A stretch of 64,000 nucleotides of DNA, from NCBI GenBank assembly GCA_035344155.1, contig DAORAL010000012.1, positions 19,470 to 83,469 of the forward strand, written 5' to 3'. Shown one piece after another: positions 9,495 through 18,640 of the stretch. Source of the stretch: Phycisphaerae bacterium. GTDB taxonomy: Bacteria; Planctomycetota; Phycisphaerae; UBA1845. Numbering within the stretch: the first letter of the stretch is position 1; the number at the start of each line of letters is the position of its first letter. Position numbers and translations under genes: made by a program. The notes beneath the pieces are model-generated. The model had not been told where the DNA came from. It was given only the letters and a program-made list of their open reading frames with translations, and ran no database searches.

Positions 9495-10889
9495 ATGGCG
9501 AGTATTTGTGTTGTAGACGATAAGGAATTGCTCCGCGATTCACTCAGCGCGACGCTGGAACGCGAGGATCATCGGGTGACGACGTTTGGTTGCCCCGAAG
9601 ATGCGCTGCCGAGCATCACCGACGGTCAGTACGAACTTGTATTGACCGACCTGAAGATGCCGGGGATGGATGGCGTGAGCATGCTGCGCGAGATGCGGGC
9701 GGCTGGCTGCGAGACGCCGGTGATCGTGATGACCGCGTTCGGTTCGGTGGCGTCGGCGGTTGAAGCGATGAAACTTGGCGCGTCGGACTATGTGCAGAAA
9801 CCGTTCGATGCGGACATGATCGTGGTGCAGGTTGAACGGGCGATCAGTCAGGCGCAACTCGTCAAGGAAAACGAGGCCCTCCGCACGAGTGTGAGCGACA
9901 TGCAGGCGTCGCGCGACATGATCGGTGACAGCGACCCGATGATCGAAACCCGTATCCACATCGCCCAGGTGGCCAACAGCAATGGCACGGTGCTGATCTC
10001 CGGCGAATCCGGGACCGGTAAGGAACTGGTGGCCCGTGCGATTCACGCGTCGTCATCGCGTGCAGCAAAACCGATGCTGTGTCTCAACTGTGCGGCGCTC
10101 AGTGCCAACCTTCTGGAAAGCGAACTGTTCGGTCACGAGCGCGGGGCCTACACCGGCGCCGACCGCGCCCGCAAGGGGCGATTCGAGATGGCCGACGAAG
10201 GCACGCTGCTCCTCGATGAAATTTCCGAAATGGCCTTGCCGCTTCAGGCGAAATTGCTTCGCGTCCTGCAGGAAGGTGAATTCGAGCGAGTTGGCAGCAG
10301 TGCGACGCGCCGGGCCAACGTTCGCGTCATCGCGACGACCAACCGCGACCTGATGGATTGGGTGCGCAAGGGTGAGTTCCGCGAAGACCTGTTCTATCGC
10401 CTCAACGTTTTGCCCGTGACCCTGGTTCCGCTTCGTGAAAGGGTTGGCGATGTTGCCCAACTGGCGGCTCATTTTTTGAAGCAGATCGCCAAGCGCGACG
10501 GACGCGAACCGGCAAGCTTTGATCGAAGCGCTCTGGCACTTCTCAGTGAATACGATTGGCCGGGCAACGTGCGCGAACTGGAAAATGTCTGTGAACGGGC
10601 GGCGGCTGTCGCGACCGATCGAATCATCCCCGCCAGCGTGGTTGAAGGTTGGCTGGTGAACACGCGGCAGACGACGGATGCGTTTGAGGGTTTGCGTCCG
10701 GGTCGAATGCTTGAGGATATGGAACGCCGGTTGATCGAATATGCGTTGAAGAAGCACGGCGGGCACCGCGAGAAATCGGCAAAGACGCTGGGCATGGGCG
10801 TTCGGACGCTCGGCATGAAGCTGAAGCAGATGCGTGAAGAGAAAGAACGTCACGAGAATCGCAATGCGCTCGTTTCGAGCGCGATGTAG
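9495..10889 (+). CDS. Sigma-54-dependent response regulator (NtrC/FlgR/FleR type)
   Basis: Receiver domain (VVDDKELL...LVLTDLKMPGMDG...KPF). The AAA+ domain has Walker A GESGTGKELVARAIH, ESELFGHERGAYTGA (a GAFTGA variant) and Walker B GTLLLDEI. There is a C-terminal HTH. ATG 9495 with a GGAG RBS is preferred over the track start at 9342. Confidence 0.9.
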   Translation: MASICVVDDKELLRDSLSATLEREDHRVTTFGCPEDALPSITDGQYELVLTDLKMPGMDGVSMLREMRAAGCETPVIVMTAFGSVASAVEAMKLGASDYVQKPFDADMIVVQVERAISQAQLVKENEALRTSVSDMQASRDMIGDSDPMIETRIHIAQVANSNGTVLISGESGTGKELVARAIHASSSRAAKPMLCLNCAALSANLLESELFGHERGAYTGADRARKGRFEMADEGTLLLDEISEMALPLQAKLLRVLQEGEFERVGSSATRRANVRVIATTNRDLMDWVRKGEFREDLFYRLNVLPVTLVPLRERVGDVAQLAAHFLKQIAKRDGREPASFDRSALALLSEYDWPGNVRELENVCERAAAVATDRIIPASVVEGWLVNTRQTTDAFEGLRPGRMLEDMERRLIEYALKKHGGHREKSAKTLGMGVRTLGMKLKQMREEKERHENRNALVSSAM

Positions 10890-10965
10890 GGTGGGCCATG
10901 CCCACCGCAGTTGAATACGAATGATATGACGAAGGCTAACGACATGGTGGCCACGGCCCACCCAA
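10887..10965. repeat. Palindromic intergenic repeat, GGGTGGGCCGTGCCCACC family, degenerate long copy
   Basis: The sequence is tagggtgggccatgcccacc-(39-nt core gcagtt...aacgacat)-ggtggccacggcccaccc. The left arm begins with the TAG stop of the response regulator. It is related to the copies at 42783, 49709 and 55842. Confidence 0.75.
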
Positions 10966-11069
10966 CGGACACGCGGGTGACGAAGTGACAGTCGGCAGTT
11001 TTTGCCGATCGCGCAGGAATTGCGCGGGTTGGAGAGGTCTTGGCAGCATGACTGGCGCGATTGCACCGG

Positions 11070-11085
11070 TGGAATGGAACATGCA
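11070..11085 (+). promoter_or_regulatory. Candidate sigma-54 (-24/-12) promoter upstream of flgB
   Basis: TGGAATGGAACATGCA matches TGGCACG-N4-TTGCW at 9 of 12 specified positions with correct GG-N10-GC spacing. It lies about 75 nt upstream of the flgB ATG and downstream of a sigma-54 activator gene. This is a weak, sequence-only call. Confidence 0.3.
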
Positions 11086-11160
11086 AGCCGAGCCTGGGAG
11101 TGAGTAGCGAGAGCGGTACGTCCGCTGCTTGGGCGGGCGAATCTTTTGAGAGTGAACGTG

Positions 11161-11601
11161 ATGGGAAGCTTTTTTGCGGAATTGACGAGCGGCGGGGCGA
11201 TGCCGGCATTGCAGACGACCTGGTCGTTTGCCCAGCAGAAGCACCGCGTCATCGCCGACAACATCGCCAATATCTCGACGCCCAACTACAAGGCGAAGCG
11301 TCTTGACTATGGCGAGTTTCAATCGGCGCTCGGTGAAGCACTTGAAGAGCGAAAGGGAAAGCCAAACACCCCGTTTGCCCTCAAAGCCAGCGATCAATTT
11401 CGCATGAACGAGCGAGGTCAGCTTGAAACGACGCCGTCGATCAAGCCGGGACGCAACGGTGTGTTTCATGATGGGACGAACCTGTCGATCGAAGCGGAAA
11501 TGTCAGACCTGGCGGCCAACGCCATGTTGCACGAGATGACGACGACGTTGGTGAACGGGTACTTCGGTTCGCTACGCAAGGCAATCAGCGGCCGACTCTA
11601 A
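11161..11601 (+). CDS. flgB: Flagellar basal-body rod protein FlgB
   Basis: Rod N-terminal motif VIADNIANISTPNYKAKRLDY and C-terminal NLSIEAEMSDLAANAMLHEM. ATG 11161 is preferred over TTG 11146. Confidence 0.9.
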   Translation: MGSFFAELTSGGAMPALQTTWSFAQQKHRVIADNIANISTPNYKAKRLDYGEFQSALGEALEERKGKPNTPFALKASDQFRMNERGQLETTPSIKPGRNGVFHDGTNLSIEAEMSDLAANAMLHEMTTTLVNGYFGSLRKAISGRL

Positions 11602-11624
11602 CGGGTTGGTCTGAAGGAGTTTGA

Positions 11625-12050
11625 ATGATGTTGATGTCAACGATGGATATCAGCGCGTCGGCACTGGTGGCGCAGCGAACGAATCTGGACACGATCGCGC
11701 AGAACATCGGAAACATGCACGCGACGCGCGACGCCGATGGCAACCCGAATCCGTACCGCCGCAAGATCGCCCTGTTTGCACATGGGTCGCCCGGTGCAGG
11801 TCGCAACGGCACGGGTGTGCGGGTGGACAGTATCGTCGAGAGCAAGGATGCGTTTCGATTGGTCTACGATCCGACGCATCCCGATGCGATCAAGAGCGGC
11901 GAAAAGGAAGGTTATGTGCGCTATCCGAATGTTGATCAGAGCACGGAAATAGTCAACGGCATGATGGCTGCCCGGATTTATGAAGCGAACATCACAGTGA
12001 TGGAAATCACCAAGACGATCGCGGCGGCCAGCCTTCGGGTGATGGCGTAA
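11625..12050 (+). CDS. flgC: Flagellar basal-body rod protein FlgC
   Basis: MDISASALVAQRTNLDTIAQNIGNMHATRD and YPNVDQSTEIVNGMMAARIYEANITVM, with a GAAGGAG RBS. Confidence 0.92.
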   Translation: MMLMSTMDISASALVAQRTNLDTIAQNIGNMHATRDADGNPNPYRRKIALFAHGSPGAGRNGTGVRVDSIVESKDAFRLVYDPTHPDAIKSGEKEGYVRYPNVDQSTEIVNGMMAARIYEANITVMEITKTIAAASLRVMA

Positions 12051-12086
12051 GTAAGGAAGTAAAGTCATACGCAGTAAAGAAAACGT

Positions 12087-12410
12087 GTGGAAGCGAGATT
12101 GATCATGATTGATCCAACGGGAATCAATGACATTTCGAGGGTGGCAGCACCCGCAAGTCCGACGACGCAACCAGTGACGCCGGCTGGCGAGAAAGGCTTC
12201 TACGAGGTGATGCTCAACAGCCTCGACGAAGTCAATCGCCTGCAGACCGAAGCCGACCAGGGCGTGCAGGATTTGTACAGCGGTAAGACCGACGATGTGG
12301 CCAGCGTGTTTACCGCGGTTAACAAAGCCGGCGTGGCGTTCGATTTGCTCATGGAAATGCGAAACAAACTGATGGATGCCTATCGCGACATCCAGCAGAT
12401 CAGAGTCTAA
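12087..12410 (+). CDS. fliE: Flagellar hook-basal body complex protein FliE
   Basis: The C-terminus LQTEADQGVQDLYSGKTDDVASVFTAVNKAGVAFDLLMEMRNKLMDAYRDIQQIRV is typical of FliE. The start is GTG 12087 or ATG 12105. Confidence 0.85.
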   Translation: MEARLIMIDPTGINDISRVAAPASPTTQPVTPAGEKGFYEVMLNSLDEVNRLQTEADQGVQDLYSGKTDDVASVFTAVNKAGVAFDLLMEMRNKLMDAYRDIQQIRV

Positions 12411-12535
12411 CGAAGATTGACTTCGGGCGCAGCGGCGCGGTCGGGCGTGTTCAGATGGAGTTGAAACGCCGATCGCCAAGCTCGGGTCAATAGCGTGTAA
12501 ACCAGCAATTTGGTCGTGGTCATGGATGATACGAC

Positions 12536-14203
12536 ATGGATTACCTCAGGCGGACGATAGCCCAGGTTTCGCGGCAATTGGAAGTGCTCAATCGCTCGCA
12601 GCGCATCGCCATCGCGTTGTGCGCGGTGTTGGTGATGGGTTCGCTTTTTTGGCTTGTGCAGTATTCGGTGGAGCCCGAGATGGTTCCACTGATGAGCGAG
12701 AACTTCCAATGGACCGAACTCGAAGGCGCTGTCAGTGCGCTGAAATCTGAAAACATCACGATCAAGCAAATCGGCAGTCAGCTCTATATCAAACCCGACG
12801 ATCGCAGCCGGGCGATGATGGCCCTCGCCCAAGCCGACGCACTTCCCGAAGACATCAGCGTCGGATTCGCCGAACTGATGAAGGACGAGAATCCGTTTCG
12901 ACCCAACGACGAAAACGCCTGGCGAAGACAGCGGGCGCTCGATGTGGAATTGGCGCGGATGATTGCCTCCAGCAGCGCGGTGACGTCAGCCCGGGTGATC
13001 ACCCAGTCCAAGTCACGACGTCACGTCGGCGCGATGAGCAACATTGTTCCGAGCGCATCGGTGTACGTGAAGATGGCCCACGGTCAAACCCTGACCCGCA
13101 ACATGGTGGAAGGCTTCGCCCGTCTCGTGGCGTCTGCGATCCCCGGTTTGAGTCCGCACAAAGTGACCGTGATGGATGCGGCGACGAACATGGCCGCCTC
13201 ACCGCCCGACCCGGAAGACGCGATGGGTGCGGGACTCCTTGAAGAGAAGAAGCAGAACGAACGGCACATTGCCCAAAAGTTGGCGACCGCATTGCAGTCG
13301 ATCCCCAACGTGTTGATTTCGGTGTCGGTCGAGTTGGACGTGCAGCACACCAAGTCCACGTCGCAAATCTGGGACAAGCCGCAACCCAAGTCGGAATCCT
13401 CAACCAGTTCAAACAATCGGGAAGTCAGCGCGCCGGGCGAAACAGGCGTGAATCCGAACGTGGGATTGGCGGTCAACGCGGGCGGGGCGGGCACATCGAA
13501 CGAATCCGAAGAAAGCAAGACCGAGTTCTACGATGTCAAAGCGACCAAGATCGAGAACACCGTCAAGGTGCCATTTAATGTCACTCGATCGATGGCGGCG
13601 ATCAGCATTCCCAGAAGTTTCCTGGCTGGGGTGTATCAGGCGCGATTCGGAGAAATCGCCGATCCCTCCAAGCTCGACGACGAACCGGAATTTCAAAAGC
13701 TTCGCCAGGAAGAAATTGAACGCGTTCGTCTGACGGCGATGAAGATCCTGATGACGGATGCAGCCGACGATGTGGACGTGGATATCTACTACGACCTTGC
13801 AGAGGACGCGCCGACGCTCCGGGCGTTTCCCGGTGATGGCATGGCTGTCGCATCGACGGATACCGGATTTGGCGGATATGCAAAGCAGTATGGCATGCAG
13901 GTCGGGTTGATCGTGTTGGCGCTGATCAGCTTCACGATGATGTCGCGGATGACGCGTCAGTCGGCGGCGGCTGCCCGGGCGACATTGGGCCGCGATCAGA
14001 AGCTGGACCCGGAAGAAGATTTGCACATTGTCAGTGGGCCGGTAGGAAAAGCCGACCTGTCCGACGGCATGTTGATCGGGCAGGAGTTGGATGAAGAGAC
14101 GCTTCGTATCGGTCAATTGAGCGATCAGATCGCGGAGATGGTAGAGAACGATCCGGAAGCGACGGCAGAATTGATTCGTCGGTGGGCGGAATCAGAGAAC
14201 TAG
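12536..14203 (+). CDS. fliF: Flagellar M-ring protein FliF
   Basis: 555 aa with an N-terminal TM (IAIALCAVLVMGSLFWLV), a periplasmic YscJ/FliF-type ring region, a second TM (VGLIVLALISFTMM) and an acidic C-terminal tail. It sits between fliE and fliG. Confidence 0.9.
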   Translation: MDYLRRTIAQVSRQLEVLNRSQRIAIALCAVLVMGSLFWLVQYSVEPEMVPLMSENFQWTELEGAVSALKSENITIKQIGSQLYIKPDDRSRAMMALAQADALPEDISVGFAELMKDENPFRPNDENAWRRQRALDVELARMIASSSAVTSARVITQSKSRRHVGAMSNIVPSASVYVKMAHGQTLTRNMVEGFARLVASAIPGLSPHKVTVMDAATNMAASPPDPEDAMGAGLLEEKKQNERHIAQKLATALQSIPNVLISVSVELDVQHTKSTSQIWDKPQPKSESSTSSNNREVSAPGETGVNPNVGLAVNAGGAGTSNESEESKTEFYDVKATKIENTVKVPFNVTRSMAAISIPRSFLAGVYQARFGEIADPSKLDDEPEFQKLRQEEIERVRLTAMKILMTDAADDVDVDIYYDLAEDAPTLRAFPGDGMAVASTDTGFGGYAKQYGMQVGLIVLALISFTMMSRMTRQSAAAARATLGRDQKLDPEEDLHIVSGPVGKADLSDGMLIGQELDEETLRIGQLSDQIAEMVENDPEATAELIRRWAESEN

Positions 14204-14227
14204 TCATTTTTGACAAGAGGTGGTTCG

Positions 14228-15268
14228 GTGGTGGCTGACAAAAACAAACAATCTGAATCCGAGTCAACTGAGATTCCGGGTATTAAGAAGGCGGCGATCT
14301 TGCTGACGGCGCTCAATGCCGACGTGTCTTCGCGGATCTTGAAATTCCTCGACCCGGATGTCATCGAAGACATCACGCGTGAAATCGCCCAGCTCGACAT
14401 TGTCGATCCGGTGATGCGCGGCCGAGTCATCGACGAATTCTATCACCTTGCATTGGCGCGGCAGTACGTGGACGCGGGTGGATTTGGGTATGCCAAGACG
14501 CTCCTTGAGAAAGCGCTGCGTCCCGATGAGGCCAAGCGCATCATCAGCGTCATCGAGCACCAGGTTTATCAGCAGCCATTCGCCTTCCTTCAAAAGGCAG
14601 AGAGCGAAAGTCTGTTTACGTTTATTCAGGAAGAACATCCCCAGACCATCGCTTTGGTGCTCGCCCACATGCCGCCAAGCAAGTCGGCGGAAATTCTGAT
14701 GGGACTGCCAGCGGCCAAGCAGTTGGAGGTCGTGTCGCGCGTCGCCAACATGGAAACGACGAATCCGGAAGTCATCAAGGAAGTGGAAATCGGGCTGGAA
14801 AAGCGACTGGCTGGTATCACGTCGCAGCGATTGATGAAAGTCGGTGGTGTGGAGTCGGTGGCGGAGATTCTGAACCTTGCGGATCGTGCGACGGAGAAGG
14901 CGATCATGGAAACGCTGGAGTCGGAAGATCCGGATCTTGTCGAACAGATCAGGCGACTGATGTTCATCTTCGAAGACGTCCTGCTTGTGGACGACAAGGG
15001 TATTCAGTCGGTGCTCAAGGAAGTGGACAACGACGAATTGGCGTTGGCATTGAAGACGGCGAGCGACGAACTGAAGGAGAAGGTTTTTGGCAACATGTCC
15101 GAGCGTGCGGCGACGTTGATTCGCGAAGACATGGATTACATGGGACCGGTGCGTTTGAAGGATGTCGAAAACGCCCAGCAGAAGATCGTGGATATCGTGC
15201 GCCGTCTGGAAGATGCCGGCGAAATCATCATCTCGGGTCGCGGTGGCGAAAGGGACTTGATTGTCTAA
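14228..15268 (+). CDS. fliG: Flagellar motor switch protein FliG
   Basis: GIKKAAILLTALNADVSSRILKFLDPDVIEDITREIAQL and C-terminal MGPVRLKDVENAQQKIVDIVRRLEDAGEIII. GTG 14228 after an AGAGG RBS is preferred; the track starts at TTG 14210. Confidence 0.92.
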   Translation: MVADKNKQSESESTEIPGIKKAAILLTALNADVSSRILKFLDPDVIEDITREIAQLDIVDPVMRGRVIDEFYHLALARQYVDAGGFGYAKTLLEKALRPDEAKRIISVIEHQVYQQPFAFLQKAESESLFTFIQEEHPQTIALVLAHMPPSKSAEILMGLPAAKQLEVVSRVANMETTNPEVIKEVEIGLEKRLAGITSQRLMKVGGVESVAEILNLADRATEKAIMETLESEDPDLVEQIRRLMFIFEDVLLVDDKGIQSVLKEVDNDELALALKTASDELKEKVFGNMSERAATLIREDMDYMGPVRLKDVENAQQKIVDIVRRLEDAGEIIISGRGGERDLIV

Positions 15269-15272
15269 CACC

Positions 15273-15998
15273 ATGGATACCGTCAAGTCGACCGTCATCA
15301 AGCTCAACGATCAGAATCCGCGCGTGATCACGCGGCTGGAGACGGTCAACGTCGCCGACCACCTTAGCGAGGCGAAGGTCGTTCTGCGTAAGTCGCGCGA
15401 GCAGGCCCGCGAAATCCTTCGCCAAGCACAGATCGATGCGGCTGAAGCGCAGGAAGTCGCCAGGGCAAAGGGGTTTGAAGCCGGTTTCAAGAAAGGATAC
15501 GAGTCCGGTCAGAAGTCGGGCTACGATGCCGCGTTTGAAAAAGCCAAAGAGGAATTTGCCGAACGCCAAGGCGAACTCATCAGCACGTTCATCGCGACGG
15601 TTGAACAGTTCGACGCACATAAGCGAGACCTGTTTATCAAAGCTTCGGGCGACATGCTGGAACTGGCGATGGAAGTTGCCCATCGCGTGACCAAGCGCGT
15701 CGGTGTTGTCGATCGAGATGCCGCGAAGGAGAACCTGCAAGCCGCGCTGCGACTCGTTGAAGTCAAGACAGACCTGACCGTTTACGTCAACCCCGCCGAC
15801 GCCGAGTCGATTCGGGATTTCGCCGAGACTGCCGGTGGCGTATTGGATGATGCCGCCCATTTCCGTATCGAAGAAGATGAGACGATTGCGCCGGGCGGAT
15901 GCCGGTTGACGACGCCGACGTCTGAAGTCGACGCGACGTTGGAAACACAGCTTGAACAAATCGAAGCGCTGGTCACCGGCGGAACGTCGGATGCATGA
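15273..15998 (+). CDS. fliH: Flagellar assembly protein FliH
   Basis: It lies between fliG and fliI, with a charged coiled-coil N-half. The C-terminal GGCRLTTPTSEVDATLETQLEQIEALV resembles the FliH/T3SS stator C-domain. ATG 15273 (track TTG 15261). Confidence 0.7.
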   Translation: MDTVKSTVIKLNDQNPRVITRLETVNVADHLSEAKVVLRKSREQAREILRQAQIDAAEAQEVARAKGFEAGFKKGYESGQKSGYDAAFEKAKEEFAERQGELISTFIATVEQFDAHKRDLFIKASGDMLELAMEVAHRVTKRVGVVDRDAAKENLQAALRLVEVKTDLTVYVNPADAESIRDFAETAGGVLDDAAHFRIEEDETIAPGGCRLTTPTSEVDATLETQLEQIEALVTGGTSDA

Positions 15999-17394
15999 TG
16001 CGTCGCACCAGTGCCCATGGAGGGGACGTTCGCACGTGAGTTTCTTCGCCCATCAAAAACAATTGATTCAAAGTACCGAGCCGATGCGGGTTTCGGGAAA
16101 GCTCTCTGGTTCAACCGGATTGATGATGCTCGCGGATGGACTGCGCGCGCCGGTCGGGACGATGTGTTCGATCTTTCCGCGGTACGGTGGTCCGGTCGAT
16201 GCCCAGGTTGTGGGGTTTCGCAATGGTCAATCGCTGTTGATGCCGCTCGGTGGCGACCAGGGTTTGTCCAATGGCGATCGCGTCGAGACGAGTGCGGCGC
16301 GGATGTACGTTCCGGTTGGCCGACAGATGCTGGGGCGGGTGGTCAACGGCCTGGGTGAACCGATCGACGGGAAGGGCGGGTTTGCGGTCGAATCGCATTA
16401 TGCCGTCCATGCCGACGCGCCGGCGCCCATGTCGCGACTGCCCATCGAAGAACCGCTGTCACTCGGCGTCCGGGCGATCGATGCGTTTCACACGATCGGA
16501 CAAGGTCAGCGTATCGGACTCTTTGCTGGTACGGGCGTGGGCAAGAGTGTGCTGCTCGGCATGATCGCACGCGGCACATCGTCCGACGTCAACGTCCTCG
16601 CGCTGATCGGTGAGCGTGGCCGCGAAGTCGGCGATTTTATTCGACGCGATCTCGGCGAAGAGGGGATGAAGAAAACGGTGATGGTTGTCAGTACGTCTGA
16701 CGAATCGCCGGTGATGCGGATTCGCGCGTGCTTCGTTGCCACTGCGATTGCAGAGTATTTTCGCGATCAGGGTTCGCAGGTGCTCTTGATGATGGACTCG
16801 GTCACGCGCGTCGCAATGGCGCAGCGACAGGTCGGGCTAGCCGCAGGTGAACCGCCCGCAACCAAGGGCTTTACGCCGAGTGTGTTTTCGATGATGCCCA
16901 AAATCCTCGAACGCGCTGGGCGTACGGAAAAGGGAAGCATCACAGGCCTTTATACGGTGCTCGTTGAAGGCGATGACGTCAACGAACCGATCAGCGATGC
17001 GGTTCGCGGGACGCTTGACGGGCACGTCTGGCTGTCTCGCAAACTCGCCAACCGCGGGCACTATCCCGCAATCTCGACCGTCGAAAGCATCAGCCGCGTG
17101 ATGAACGAAGTCGTCTCACCGGAACATCAAATTGCCGCCCGCGATGTCCGGCGCGTCCTGGCGATCTGGGACGACATCGAAGATCTGGTCAACATCGGCG
17201 CGTACGCATCCGGCAGCAACGTTGACTATGACATCGCCGTCGAGATGAAACCCAAGATCGATGCGTTCCTTCAGCAGGGCATCGACGAACGACCCGACCT
17301 CGATTCGACCGTGGCCGGCATCTGTGGGTTGGCCCGCATGATCAACGAAATTCGTGCGCGGCGAACCGGCGGAACGGGCACACAAAAGAAGTGA
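15991..17394 (+). CDS. fliI: Flagellum-specific ATP synthase FliI
   Basis: Walker A GLFAGTGVGKSVLLGMI, Walker B VLLMMDSVTR and a T3SS/F1 beta-like core. ATG 15991 overlaps the fliH stop by 8 nt. Confidence 0.93.
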   Translation: MHDASHQCPWRGRSHVSFFAHQKQLIQSTEPMRVSGKLSGSTGLMMLADGLRAPVGTMCSIFPRYGGPVDAQVVGFRNGQSLLMPLGGDQGLSNGDRVETSAARMYVPVGRQMLGRVVNGLGEPIDGKGGFAVESHYAVHADAPAPMSRLPIEEPLSLGVRAIDAFHTIGQGQRIGLFAGTGVGKSVLLGMIARGTSSDVNVLALIGERGREVGDFIRRDLGEEGMKKTVMVVSTSDESPVMRIRACFVATAIAEYFRDQGSQVLLMMDSVTRVAMAQRQVGLAAGEPPATKGFTPSVFSMMPKILERAGRTEKGSITGLYTVLVEGDDVNEPISDAVRGTLDGHVWLSRKLANRGHYPAISTVESISRVMNEVVSPEHQIAARDVRRVLAIWDDIEDLVNIGAYASGSNVDYDIAVEMKPKIDAFLQQGIDERPDLDSTVAGICGLARMINEIRARRTGGTGTQKK

Positions 17395-17435
17395 TTCACG
17401 ACGCAGTAACCCGATCGTCATCCTAGAGAAAACCT

Positions 17436-17903
17436 GTGGCTCAGAAATTCAAATTTCGGCTGGAAACCGTGCGACGTGTGCGCCAACTCGAATTCGAGGC
17501 GAAGCAGCGGATCGTCGCAAATCGATTGCGCAAAATCGGCAGCGAACAGGCGATCATTGCCGCCCTGGAGCGAGAGCGTGAGTCGATGAATGAAGAGACC
17601 AAGCGGATGCTGTCGGGCGGTCATGTCAATATTGACGGGGTCAGCCGATACCGCGTGCGGGTTGGATACTTGCGGGGGCAGATTCTTGATGCTGAGAATC
17701 GGATTTTGGCCCACGAGCGCGAGTTGAAAGCCGAACGGGCGGCGATGGTAAAGGCTTCAGTCGCCGTGAAGGCGCTCGATAAACTCGAGGAACGGCAGCT
17801 GGCGGCATATGAATTGCAGCAGAGACGACTTGAGACGGTTGAGCAGGATGAAACGGCGCAGCAGATGCACCGCAGAGTGGAACACGGAGCAAAGTTGGTT
17901 TAG
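17436..17903 (+). CDS. fliJ: Flagellar export protein FliJ
   Basis: 155-aa coiled-coil protein starting AQKFKFRLETVRRVRQLEFEAKQR, immediately after fliI. This matches the FliJ pattern and position. Confidence 0.65.
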   Translation: MAQKFKFRLETVRRVRQLEFEAKQRIVANRLRKIGSEQAIIAALERERESMNEETKRMLSGGHVNIDGVSRYRVRVGYLRGQILDAENRILAHERELKAERAAMVKASVAVKALDKLEERQLAAYELQQRRLETVEQDETAQQMHRRVEHGAKLV

Positions 17904-17915
17904 GCGAGTGGCTGG

Positions 17916-18635
17916 ATGAAGCGGTTTGGAAAATTCTATCAGTTCATCGCTCTCGTCGCGTTGATTCACTTCGCCGCGATCCTGGTGGGCGTGGGTTGGT
18001 TGATCCAATCCGGAAAGCTCAACAAGGAAAACGTCCTTGCGATCGCGGGCGTGTTGGGGTTTGGCGACGACGCAGGGACGGACGACGGAGCCGACACTGA
18101 CGAATCCACGGCGACCGAAGCGGCTTCCCCACAAAAAGGCAAGTCGTCGGCGCCGGTGACGAATTCGGTTCAGGAGGAGTTGGCCCGTCGAAGTTTGCAG
18201 CGTGCGGTGACACAAGCCGAACATCGCCGGGAGTTGGCGCAGCGGGCGATGCTGGATGTCCGACGTCGGCGCGAAGAGTTGGAACGATTGGCCGAGCAAC
18301 AGACGACCAAGGTTGAAAAACAGACCAAAGAAAAGGCGAAGGAAGGTTTCAAGAAGGATCTTGAAATTCTCTCTTCGCTGAAACCAAAAATCGCCCTCGA
18401 CAGTTTGTTGGCCCGTTCGGTGGACGATGCTGCACAGATGATGCTCCTGATGGAAACGCGGCAGGCCAAGAAGATCATGGAAGCCGCCCGAAAAGATGAC
18501 GGCAAATGGACGCAGATGATTGCCATTGAAAACAAGATGCGGGAAGCGACCACGCTTGACGGTGAAGTTGAAGAGGTCGTCGAGTCGGAACCTGAGTCGG
18601 CAAGTGTCAGCGAACCGTTGGCGCAAAACAACTAG
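17916..18635 (+). CDS. YlxF/MotE-like membrane-anchored coiled-coil protein (flagellar, function unknown)
   Basis: N-terminal TM (FYQFIALVALIHFAAILVGVGWLI) and a charged coiled coil. The C-terminal LKPKIALDSLLARSVDDAAQMMLLMETRQAKKIMEAA resembles MgtE-N-type helices. It occupies the slot of ylxF in Firmicute/spirochaete operons. Confidence 0.4.
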   Translation: MKRFGKFYQFIALVALIHFAAILVGVGWLIQSGKLNKENVLAIAGVLGFGDDAGTDDGADTDESTATEAASPQKGKSSAPVTNSVQEELARRSLQRAVTQAEHRRELAQRAMLDVRRRREELERLAEQQTTKVEKQTKEKAKEGFKKDLEILSSLKPKIALDSLLARSVDDAAQMMLLMETRQAKKIMEAARKDDGKWTQMIAIENKMREATTLDGEVEEVVESEPESASVSEPLAQNN

Positions 18636-18640
18636 TTGCA

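Noticed and set aside
11042-11057. TGGCAGCATGACTGGC, a sigma-54-like element upstream of flgB.
   Set aside because: The GG-to-GC spacing is 11 nt instead of 10 and the -12 region does not match TTGC. The neighbouring 11070-11085 element fits better.
10053-11285. A 410-aa minus-strand ORF antisense to the sigma-54 activator, extending into the flgB upstream region.
   Set aside because: It is a shadow ORF of a well-supported AAA+ gene. It has no RBS or motif, and its composition reflects the complementary codon bias.
14264-15307. A 347-aa minus-strand ORF antisense to fliG. Similar cases are 28760-29755 and 30634-32058, antisense to flhB and flhA.
   Set aside because: All lie entirely inside strongly supported flagellar genes on the other strand and are Arg/His-rich low-information sequences.
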